The notes beneath the pieces are model-generated. The model did no database searches. It saw nothing but the letters and a program-made list of their open reading frames with translations, and was not told the DNA's origin. This document shows positions 14,601 to 27,108 of a DNA stretch of 64,000 nucleotides, piece after piece (position 1 is the stretch's first letter; each line of letters begins with the position of its first letter). The DNA is from Eledone cirrhosa. Lineage: Eukaryota. The position numbers were made by a program, and so were the translations under genes. The stretch spans positions 51,770,001 to 51,834,000 of the forward strand of contig OZ024740.1 in the NCBI GenBank assembly GCA_964016885.1. Direction: 5' to 3'.

Positions 14601-17600
14601 CCCACTCTTAGTACGGCTGTTACTTAAATATAAGTATGTATACGTACATACATATATGTATACAGACGTACAGTACCATGTATATATATATACATACATG
14701 TACACATATATATATGTACGTATGGATTCACAGATCATTTATTACAATGCTCGCTGTGTTTGTAAACAAACATCCCGTATTAAGCCGTAGTATCCAGCAA
14801 CCATCGTTGCTCGTTTATTCAACACTGACAAAGGAACTCTGTACTAGTTTCAAGCTTATTAGCTATCGTCAGCAACGTATACCTTCCTGCCAGATGGTTG
14901 AACGTCTGAAAGTATAAACTTTCCTTATGCACATTAACGGCTGAACAGCCTAATTTGCATATCGAGTGAGTTAATCGGCCGCCGTACCGAAAACGATAAA
15001 CGGAAAAAATGAAACGAAATTTCATTTCCCACTCTTAGTACGGCTGTTACTTAAATATAAGTATGTATACGTACATACATATATGTATACAGACGTAGAG
15101 TAGTATGTATATATATATATACATACATGCATACATATATATATGTACGTATGGATTCACCGAACATTCATTACAATGCTCGGTGTGTTTGTAAACAAAC
15201 ATCCCGTATTAAGCCGTAGTGTCCAGCAACCATCGTTGCTCGTTAATTCAACACTGACAAAGGAACTCTGTACTAGTTTCAAGCTTATTAGCTATCGTCA
15301 GCAACGTATACCTTCCTGCCAGATGGTTGAACGTCTGAAAGTATAAACTTTCCTTATGCACATTAACGGCTGAGCAGCCTAATTTGCATATCGATTGAGT
15401 TAATCGGCCGGGGTACCGAAAACGATAAACGGAAAAAATGAAAGGAAATTTCATTTCCCACTCTTAGTACGGCTGTTACTTAAATATAAGTATGTATACG
15501 TACATACATATATTTATACAGACGTAGAGTAGTATGTATATATATATACATACATGCACACATATATATATGTACGTATGGATTCACCGAACATTTATTA
15601 CAATGCTCGGTGTGTTTGTAAACAAACATCCCGTATTAAGCCGTAGTGTCCAGCAACCATCGTTGCTCGTTTATTCAACACTGACAAAAGAACGCTGTAC
15701 TAGTTTGAAGCTTATTAGCTATCGTGAGCAACGTCTACCTTCCTGCCAGATGGTTGAACGTCTGAAAGTATAAACTTTCCTGATGCACATTAACGGCTGA
15801 ACAGCCTAATTTGCATATCGAGTGAGTTAATCGGCCGGGGTACCGAAAACGATAAACGGAAAAAATGAAACCAAATTTGAATTCCCACTCTTAGTACAGC
15901 TGTTACTTAAATATAAGTATGTATACGTACATACATATATGTATACAGACGTATAGTAGTATGTATATATATATACATACATGCACACATATATATATAT
16001 GTACGTATGGATTCATCGAACATTTATTACAATGCTCGGTGTGTTTGTAAACAAACATCCCGTATTAAGCCGTAGTGTCCAGCAACCATCGTTACTCGTT
16101 TATTCAACACTGACAAAGGAACGCTGTACTAGTTTCACGCTTATTAGCTATCGTCAGCAACGTATATTTTCCTGCTAGATGTTTGAACATCTGAAAGTAT
16201 AAACTTTCCTTATGCACATTAACGACTGAACAGCCTAATTTGCATATCGAGTGAATTAATCGGCCGGGGTACCGAGAACGATAAACGGAAAAAAATGAAA
16301 CGAAATTTCATTTCCCACTCTTAGTACGGCTGTTACTTAAATATAAGTATGTATACGTACATACATATATGTATACAGACGTACAGTAGTATGTATATAT
16401 ATATACTTACATGCACACATATATATATGTACGTATGGATTCACCGAACATTTATTACAATGCTCGGTATGTTTGTAAACAAACATCCCGTATTAAGCCG
16501 TAGTGTCCAGCAACCATCGTTGCTCGTTTATTCAACACTGACAAAGGAAAGCTGTACTAGTTTCAAGCTTATTAGCTATCGTCAGCAACGTATACTTTCC
16601 TGCCAGATGGTTGAACGTCTGAAAGTATAAACTTTCCTTATGCACATTCACGGCTGAACAGCCTAATTTGCATATCGAGTGAGTTAATCGGCCGGGGTAC
16701 CGAAAACGATAAACGGAAAAAATGAAACGAAATTCCATTTTCCACTCTTAGTACGGCTGTTACTTAAATATAAGTATGTATACGTACATACATATATGTA
16801 TACAGACGTAGAGTAGTATGTATATATATATACATACATGCACACATATATATATGTACATATGGATTCACCAAACATTTATTACAATGCTCGTTGTGTT
16901 TGTAAACAAACATCCCGTATTAAGCCGTAGTGTCCAGCAACCATCGTTGCTAGTTTATTCAACGCTGACAAAAGAACGCTGTACTAGTTTCAAGCTTATT
17001 AGCTATCGTCAGCAACGTATACCTTCCTGCCAGATGGTTGAATGTCTGAAAGTATAAACTTTCCTTATGCACATTAACGGCTGAACAGCCTAATTTGCAT
17101 ATCGAGTGAGTTAATCGGCCGGGGTACCGAAAACGATAAACGGAAAAAATGAAAGGAAATTTCATTTCCCACTCTTAGTACGGCTGTTACTTAAATATAA
17201 GTATGTATACGTACATACATATATGTATACAGACGTACAGTACCATGTATATATATATACATACATGTACACATATATATATGTACGTATGGATTCACAG
17301 ATCATTTATTACAATGCTCGCTGTGTTTGTAAACAAACATCCCGTATTAAGCCGTAGTGTCCAGCAACCATCGTTGCTCGTTTATTCAACACTGACAAAA
17401 GAACGCTGTACTAGTTTGAAGCTTATTAGCTATCGTGAGCAACGTCTACCTTCCTGCCAGATGGTTGAACGTCTGAAAGTATAAACTTTCCTTATGCACA
17501 TTAACGGCTGAACAGCCTAATTTGCATATCGAGTGAGTTAATCGGCCGGGGTACCGAAAACGATAAACGGAAAAAATGAAACCAAATTTGAATTCCCACT

Positions 17601-20600
17601 CTTAGTACAGCTGTTACTTAAATATAAGTATGTATACGTACATACATATATGTATACAGACGTAGAGTAGTATGTATATATATATACATACATGCACACA
17701 TATATATATATGTACGTATGGATTCATCGAACATTTATTACAATGCTCGGTGTGTTTGTAAACAAACATCCCGTATTAAGCCGTAGTGTCCAGCAACCAT
17801 CGTTACTCGTTTATTCAACACTGACAAAGGAACGCTGTACTAGTTTCACGCTTATTAGCTATCGTCAGCAACGTATATTTTCCTGCTAGATGTTTGAACA
17901 TCTGAAAGTATAAACTTTCCTTATGCACATTAACGACTGAACAGCCTAATTTGCATATCGAGTGAATTAATCGGCCGGGGTACCGAGAACGATAAACGGA
18001 AAAAAATGAAACGAAATTTCATTTCCCACTCTTAGTACGGCTGTTACTTAAATATAAGTATGTATACGTACATACATATATGTATACAGACGTACAGTAG
18101 TATGTATATATATATACTTACATGCACACATATATATATGTACGTATGGATTCACCGAACATTTATTACAATGCTCGGTATGTTTGTAAACAAACATCCC
18201 GTATTAAGCCGTAGTGTCCAGCAACCATCGTTGCTCGTTTATTCAACACTGACAAAGGAAAGCTGTACTAGTTTCAAGCTTATTAGCTATCGTCAGCAAC
18301 GTATACTTTCCTGCCAGATGGTTGAACGTCTGAAAGTATAAACTTTCCTTATGCACATTCACGGCTGAACAGCCTAATTTGCATATCGAGTGAGTTAATC
18401 GGCCGGGGTACCGAAAACGATAAACGGAAAAAAATGAAACGAAATTCCATTTTCCACTCTTAGTACGGCTGTTACTTAAATATAAGTATGTATACGTACA
18501 TACATATATGTATACAGACGTAGAGTAGTATGTATATATATATACATACATGCACACATATATATATGTACATATGGATTCACCAAACATTTATTACAAT
18601 GCTCGTTGTGTTTGTAAACAAACATCCCGTATTAAGCCGTAGTGTCCAGCAACCATCGTTGCTAGTTTATTCAACGCTGACAAAAGAACGCTGTACTAGT
18701 TTCAAGCTTATTAGCTATCGTCAGCAACGTATACCTTCCTGCCAGATGGTTGAATGTCTTAAAGTATAAACTTTCCTTATGCACATTAACGGCTGAACAG
18801 CCTAATTTGCATATCGAGTGAGTTAATCGGCCGGGGTACCGAAAACGATATACGGAAAAAATGAAAGGAAATTTCATTTCCCACTCTTAGTACGGCTGTT
18901 ACTTAAATATAAGTATGTATACGTACATACATATATTTATACAGACGTAGAGTAGTATGTATATATATATACATACATGCACACATATATATATGTACGT
19001 ATGGATTCACCGAACATTTATTACAATGCTCGGTGTGTTTGTAAACAAACATCCCGTATTAAGCCGTAGTGTCCAGCAACCATCGTTGCTCGTTTATTCA
19101 ACACTGACAAAAGAACGCTGTACTAGTTTGAAGCTTATTAGCTATCGTGAGCAACGTCTACCTTCCTGCCAGATGGTTGAACGTCTGAAAGTATAAACTT
19201 TCCTTATGCACATTAACGGCTGAACAGCCTAATTTGCATATCGAGTGAGTTAATCGGCCGGGGTACCGAAAACGATAAACGGAAAAAAATGAAACCAAAT
19301 TTGAATTCCCACTCTTAGTACAGCTGTTACTTAAATATAAGTATGTATACGTACATACATATATGTATACAGACGTACAGTAGTATGTATATATATATAC
19401 ATACATGCACACATATATAATTATGTACGTATGGATTCATCGAACATTTATTACAATGCTCGGTGTGTTTGTAAACAAACATCCCGTATTAAGCCGTAGT
19501 GTCCAGCAGCCATCGTTGCTCGTTTATACAACACTGACAAAGGAACGCTGTACTAGTTTCAAGCTTATTAGCTATCGTCAGCAACGTATATTTTCCTGCT
19601 AGATGTTTGAACATCTGAAAGTATAAACTTTCCTTATGCACATTAACGACTGAACAGCCTAATTTGCATATCGAGTGAATTAATCGGCCGGGGTACCGAG
19701 AACGATAAACGGAAAAAAATGAAACGAAATTTCATTTCCCACTCTTAGTACGGCTGTTACTTAAATATAAGTATGTATACGTACATACATATATGTATAC
19801 AGACGTACAGTAGTATGTATATATATATACTTACATGCACACATATATATATGTATGTATGGATTCACCGAACATTTATTACAATGCTCGGTATGTTTGT
19901 GAACAAACATCCCGTATTAAGCCGTAGTGTCCAGCAACCATCGTTGCTCGTTTATTCAACACTGACAAAGGAAAGCTGTACTAGTTTCAAGCTTATTAGC
20001 TATCGTCAGCAACGTATACTTTCCTGCCAGATGGTTGAACGTCTGAAAGTATAAACTTTCCTTATGCACATTCACGGCTGAACAGCCTAATTTGCATATC
20101 GAGTGAGTTAATCGGACGGGGTACCGAAAACGATAAACGGAAAAAAATGAAACGAAATTCCATTTCCCACTCTTAGTACGGCTGTTACTTAAATATAAGT
20201 ATGTATACGTACATACATATATGTATACAGACGTAGAGTAGTATGTATATATATATACATACATGCACACATATATATATGTACATATGGATTCACCAAA
20301 CATTTATTACAATGCTCGTTGTGTTTGTAAACAAACATCCCGTATTAAGCCGTAGTGTCCAGCAACCATCGTTGCTAGTTTATTCAACGCTGACAAAAGA
20401 ACGCTGTACTAGTTTCAAGCTTATTAGCTATCGTCAGCAACGTATACCTTCCTGCCAGATGGTTGAATGTCTGAAAGTATAAACTTTCCTTATGCACATT
20501 AACGGCTGAACAGCCTAATTTGCATATCGAGTGAGTTAATCGGCCGGGGTACCGAAAACGATATACGGAAAAAATGAAAGGAAATTTCATTTCCCACTCT

Positions 20601-23600
20601 TAGTACGGCTGTTACTTAAATATAAGTATGTATACGTACATACATATATTTATACAGACGTAGAGTAGTATGTATATATATATACATACATGCACACATA
20701 TATATATGTACGTATGGATTCACCGAACATTTATTACAATGCTCGGTGTGTTTGTAAACAAACATCCCGTATTAAGCCGTAGTGTCCAGCAACCATCGTT
20801 GCTCGTTTATTCAACACTGACAAAAGAACGCTGTACTAGTTTGAAGCTTATTAGCTATCGTGAGCAACGTCTACCTTCCTGCCAGATGGTTGAACGTCTG
20901 AAAGTATAAACTTTCCTTATGCACATTAACGGCTGAACAGCCTAATTTGCATATCGAGTGAGTTAATCGGCCGGGGTACCGAAAACGATAAACGGAAAAA
21001 AATGAAACCAAATTTGAATTCCCACTCTTAGTACAGCTGTTACTTAAATATAAGTATGTATACGTACATACATATATGTATACAGACGTACAGTAGTATG
21101 TATATATATATACATACATGCACACATATATAATTATGTACGTATGGATTCATCGAACATTTATTACAATGCTCGGTGTGTTTGTAAACAAACATCCCGT
21201 ATTAAGCCGTAGTGTCCAGCAGCCATCGTTGCTCGTTTATACAACACTGACAAAGGAACGCTGTACTAGTTTCAAGCTTATTAGCTATCGTCAGCAACGT
21301 ATATTTTCCTGCTAGATGTTTGAACATCTGAAAGTATAAACTTTCCTTATGCACATTAACGACTGAACAGCCTAATTTGCATATCGAGTGAATTAATCGG
21401 CCGGGGTACCGAGAACGATAAACGGAAAAAAATGAAACGAAATTTCATTTCCCACTCTTAGTACGGCTGTTACTTAAATATAAGTATGTATACGTACATA
21501 CATATATGTATACAGACGTACAGTAGTATGTATATATATATACTTACATGCACACATATATATATGTACGTATGGATTCACCGAACATTTATTACAATGC
21601 TCGGTATGTTTGTAAACAAACATCCCGTATTAAGCCGTAGTGTCCAGCAACCATCGTTGCTCGTTTATTCAACACTGACAAAGGAAAGCTGTACTAGTTT
21701 CAAGCTTATTAGCTATCGTCAGCAACGTATACTTTCCTGCCAGATGGTTGAACGTCTGAAAGTATAAACTTTCCTTATGCACATTCACGGCTGAACAGCC
21801 TAATTTGCATATCGAGTGAGTTAATCGGCCGGGGTACCGAAAACGATAAACGGAAAAAAATGAAACGAAATTCCATTTTCCACTCTTAGTACGGCTGTTA
21901 CTTAAATATAAGTATGTATACGTACATACATATATGTATACAGACGTAGAGTAGTATGTATATATATATACATACATGCACACATATATATATGTACATA
22001 TGGATTCACCAAACATTTATTACAATGCTCGTTGTGTTTGTAAACAAACATCCCGTATTAAGCCGTAGTGTCCAGCAACCATCGTTGCTAGTTTATTCAA
22101 CGCTGACAAAAGAACGCTGTACTAGTTTCAAGCTTATTAGCTATCGTCAGCAACGTATACCTTCCTGCCAGATGGTTGAATGTCTGAAAGTATAAACTTT
22201 CCTTATGCACATTAACGGCTGAACAGCCTAATTTGCATATCGAGTGAGTTAATCGGCCGGGGTACCGAAAACGATATACGGAAAAAATGAAAGGAAATTT
22301 CATTTCCCACTCTTAGTACGGCTGTTACTTAAATATAAGTATGTATACGTACATACATATATTTATACAGACGTAGAGTAGTATGTATATATATATACAT
22401 ACATGCACACATATATATATGTACGTATGGATTCACCGAACATTTATTACAATGCTCGGTGTGTTTGTAAACAAACATCCCGTATTAAGCCGTAGTGTCC
22501 AGCAACCATCGTTGCTCGTTTATTCAACACTGACAAAAGAACGCTGTACTAGTTTGAAGCTTATTAGCTATCGTGAGCAACGTCTACCTTCCTGCCAGAT
22601 GGTTGAACGTCTGAAAGTATAAACTTTCCTTATGCACATTAACGGCTGAACAGCCTAATTTGCATATCGAGTGAGTTAATCGGCCGGGGTACCGAAAACG
22701 ATAAACGGAAAAAAATGAAACCAAATTTGAATTCCCACTCTTAGTACAGCTGTTACTTAAATATAAGTATGTATACGTACATACATATATGTATACAGAC
22801 GTACAGTAGTATGTATATATATATACATACATGCACACATATATAATTATGTACGTATGGATTCATCGAACATTTATTACAATGCTCGGTGTGTTTGTAA
22901 ACAAACATCCCGTATTAAGCCGTAGTGTCCAGCAGCCATCGTTGCTCGTTTATACAACACTGACAAAGGAACGCTGTACTAGTTTCAAGCTTATTAGCTA
23001 TCGTCAGCAACGTATATTTTCCTGCTAGATGTTTGAACATCTGAAAGTATAAACTTTCCTTATGCACATTAACGACTGAACAGCCTAATTTGCATATCGA
23101 GTGAATTAATCGGCCGGGGTACCGAGAACGATAAACGGAAAAAAATGAAACGAAATTTCATTTCCCACTCTTAGTACGGCTGTTACTTAAATATAAGTAT
23201 GTATACGTACATACATATATGTATACAGACGTACAGTAGTATGTATATATATATACTTACATGCACACATATATATATGTATGTATGGATTCACCGAACA
23301 TTTATTACAATGCTCGGTATGTTTGTGAACAAACATCCCGTATTAAGCCGTAGTGTCCAGCAACCATCGTTGCTCGTTTATTCAACACTGACAAAGGAAA
23401 GCTGTACTAGTTTCAAGCTTATTAGCTATCGTCAGCAACGTATACTTTCCTGCCAGATGGTTGAACGTCTGAAAGTATAAACTTTCCTTATGCACATTCA
23501 CGGCTGAACAGCCTAATTTGCATATCGAGTGAGTTAATCGGACGGGGTACCGAAAACGATAAACGGAAAAAAATGAAACGAAATTCCATTTCCCACTCTT

Positions 23601-23789
23601 AGTACGGCTGTTACTTAAATATAAGTATGTATACGTACATACATATATGTATACAGACGTAGAGTAGTATGTATATATATATACATACATGCACACATAT
23701 ATATATGTACATATGGATTCACCGAACATTTATTACAATGCTCGGTGTGTTTGTAAACAAACATCCCGTATTAAGCCGTATATATATAA

Positions 23790-25110
23790 AAATGATTGGA
23801 TATATATGAAAATACATAAGTATTAAAAATGGTTGGATATATAAGAAAATACATAAGTATTAAGCATGTTTAGAATATGTACGGGTAATGGAAATTCATA
23901 TCATTCAAAAGAACCTTTCAGAAATTTTACAAAAATTTCCGTGTGTTTCGAAGGAAATTTTTAGAATTTTTCAAAATATTTTCATAAAAGAATTTCTGGA
24001 GGGTGCGATAATATAAGTATTGGTTTTAAGGAATAAATTAAAATTATAATTAATAAGTGTACTTTATATATTTAGGAAGGTTAGAATCTATATAGTCTGA
24101 GGGAAGAGATTATAGGTGTTTGGATCGAGAAAAAGGTTATGTAAGGAAGAATGAACATATATTACATTTTATATATATATCTAAAAGTTTACAAGAACTA
24201 AACAAATTATTCCGCAAATTAACAGAGTTCTTAGATTTTAGTATAAAGAATATTTCCTCTACACAAAGACTACAAAATTTGGATACACCTGTGTAGCATG
24301 GTGCTTTGGAGACAATTTTCCAAAATAAAGAGTATTTTATATTCTTGGATTTTAAATTCCATAATAAGTTGGATAGAGAAGTTGAAGATTTCTTGTTAAT
24401 ATTCGTAAAGGAACATTTATGGTTATTGAAACGAGATTTGAAGTCTGTCGAAGTAGAGCCGACATAGTTGAAGGAATTATCTTTGGTTTTGACATTACAA
24501 TTGTATACTATATTTTTAACTAAACAGTTATTATTTAGAGGACAGTTAGATTTATTTCTACAATTACATTTATCGGGATTTATATTATTGGGAGCCGTAA
24601 CATTATATTGGATATTGCTAGAGGTATTAATGCTATTCTGGTTAAGTTTTAAGTTTCTATTATTAATTCTATTAATATGCTGGGCTAAATTCATAGTGGT
24701 AGAGTATGATAATTTAATAGTATGTCTATTAAAGATTGAGTAATACCTGTGCGTCTTAGGAAAACAGCTATCTAAAGCTTTAAAAAATAGTTTAGCTATT
24801 GGAGTTTTAATACTTAATGAGAAAGGGGGAGCGAACCATAATATATTTCTAGTTCTATTTCTTCTTTTGATTTTCGAGTTATTGCAAGGTTTCCTATTAT
24901 AATTATAATTATAGTTATGGTTAATTGGCACATCCTTATTGTCAATATATTTAATTTCATTATTATAGCCTATTCTACTTAAAGCATTGTTATAATATTG
25001 TGCCTTATCTTCAAATATATTTTTATTCGTTGAGATTCTAGAGATACGTTGCTGCACAGAATTTACAATAGTGTTTTTAACGGATCTCGGGTGATTGTAA
25101 TTAAAGATAG
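23790..25110 (-). mobile_element. 5'-truncated Penelope-like element (RT C-terminus, Cys linker, GIY-YIG)
   Basis: ORF 24137-25135 contains NHPRSVKNTIVNSVQQRISRIS, WFAPPFS, CNCRNKSNCPLNNNC and NIVYNC...YVGSTSTDFKSRFNNHK. Confidence 0.9.
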
Positions 25111-25507
25111 GAAGGAAGAAATAGAATGGATGCATGAGAATAGGTCACAAAGATTAAAATATGCTCGTCAGATCTCAACCGCCTGCAGTTTCAACGATTT
25201 GATGAGATTACTGCGAAGAATAGGAGGCTCGTAATGGAGAGATAAATATCTTCATTCATATAATGTTTGTGTTGGGACAGGTTAGATATTAATCTGTGGT
25301 AGAAGGCTAAGATAGCTATTAGAGGTACGAAGAATTTAACTCGAATATGGAGTTTTGAGACGTAAGTGTATTAGAATTCGTAGGAAAACGGAAAAACTCG
25401 GCGTAAAACGGAAAAACGCGGCGTAAGGAAGCTCTTAAAACAGCTAAATGCCGTTGAAGCGGCGTCGGGTAAAATATTACCTCGAAGGACAGAGATGTAT
25501 AATACAC

Positions 25508-25555
<48 letters not shown>

Positions 25556-25599
25556 CGAAACATCCGACTCACGGGGAGGGGCGGAGTTACAGATAAGCA

Positions 25600-26447
25600 C
25601 CTTTCAGTTGTAGCTTGCATGCTCCGCTGGATGTGCAATAGTAATATACGTGAACGGCAAAGCATAAACGAACTAAGGAAAAAATTAGAAATAAGAGGGA
25701 TCAGATGTTGTTTACTCGAGAGAAGGCTACGTTGGTACGGTCACGTGATGCGCATGAAAGACGACAGCTGTATAACAAAGTGCAGGGCAATAAAGATAGA
25801 CGGTAGCCACGGAGTAGGCAGACCCAGAAAAACATGGGACGAGCTGATAAATTCCGACCTCACACGCTTACACCTCTCCAAGACAATGTCACTGGACCGA
25901 GACCTTTGGCGGTACTCAGTAATAGAGAAGACCCGCCTTACCTAAATACAAAGTAAAAACCTACTACAGTCAGTAGGCACCTCTATCAAAACACACCCCC
26001 GTCCCACCACCTCCACCCCACCCACACCGCCCCTTTCAATGTAAAGTTATGTTGGTCCCACAACATCCAGGCCGAAACAAATGAGATCGTGTAGGTGTCA
26101 CGACAAAAAACACACAGTCCACGCTGTAAATGTGGCCGTGTAGGCAACACGGTAAAAACCTCCCAGCCCCACACTGTAAATGTGGTTGGTGTTAGGAAGG
26201 GCATCCAGCTGTAGAAAACCCGCCAGACAGTCCACGCTGTAATGTGGCCGTGTAGGCAACACGGTAAAAACCTCCCAGCCCCACACTGTAAATGTGGTTG
26301 GTGTTAGGAAGGGCATCCAACTGTAGAAAACCCGCCAGACAGTCCTATGCGAGCAAGACAACCACTCTTGCCTCAAGTGGGAAAACCCCCGTCCAAACCC
26401 ATGCAAGCGTGGAACACGGACGCTAAACCTGATGATGATGATGATGA
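25600..26447 (+). mobile_element. 5'-truncated RTE-clade LINE 3' end with internally duplicated 3' UTR and (GAT)n tail
   Basis: Encodes MLRWMC...RRLRWYGHVMR...GRPRKTW. A ~115-bp tandem duplication lies at about 26113-26345. Confidence 0.85.
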
Positions 26448-26478
26448 CACACACACACACACATATCGAAAATATTCT

Positions 26479-26539
<61 letters not shown>

Positions 26540-26589
26540 TTATTATTCAAAATATTAACAAATGAAGATATTCACATAATCAAAATATG

Positions 26590-26651
26590 TTTTATTATAT
26601 ATATTTCGAAGGTACTGTGCTGTTTTTTCAGTACGTCCTCGTCAGATAAAA
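26590..26651 (-). ncRNA. Hammerhead ribozyme motif
   Basis: ttttat-CTGACGA-ggacgtactg...cagtaccttc-GAAA-tatata-TA-ataaaa. Confidence 0.7.
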
Positions 26652-27108
26652 TGCATGATTTGATATATGACATACCTCTACGGTCTTGATAGTTCAATTC
26701 CAGTATTGGCAGTGATTATTTCATCAAATCTCAACATTTATATACCACAAATAATATGATAAACTTAAACTTAAAGAAGAAAGGGACTTTGAGCGAAATA
26801 GGGATATAATGGAGGGAGTAAAGAGGAGGAAAAGCAAGAAAAAAAAATAAATACATATATAAATATTTAAATGAATAAATATATAAAAAAGAAAAAAAGA
26901 AAAAGAAGAAAGAAGAAATAACGACAAAAAAAAAAGGAAATGAAGGGGATAGATGGAAAAACCGTTGTTTTCAAATATCAGGTCAATTGAGGCAACTACC
27001 ATAAACCTTTGAATATCTCTTGTATTTGGTTATGTTTAAGCTAATTAGACATATATTATATCAAAATCAAACAATATAAATTACTTTCTATAGCCGTCAT
27101 CAAGGAAA

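Larger units (their letters stand above)
2404..23780 (-). repeat. Tandem array of about 50 x ~428-bp units, each with a hammerhead motif (retrozyme-like satellite)
   Basis: The unit start caatgctcggtg recurs at 2404, 2831, 3238 ... 23308, 23736. The small ORFs in the track recur with the same period. Confidence 0.95.

Noticed and set aside
2478-23729. Dozens of repeated 60-115 aa ORFs in the array
   Set aside because: They are translations of the tandem unit, start in TA-rich runs, are broken by indels and stops in many units, and show no recognisable domain.
2404-23780. CRISPR array or tandem snRNA/5S/tRNA/spliced-leader gene cluster
   Set aside because: There are no unique spacers or cas genes, the context is eukaryotic, and I recognise no 5S, U-snRNA or tRNA sequence. 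An Rfam scan was not run.
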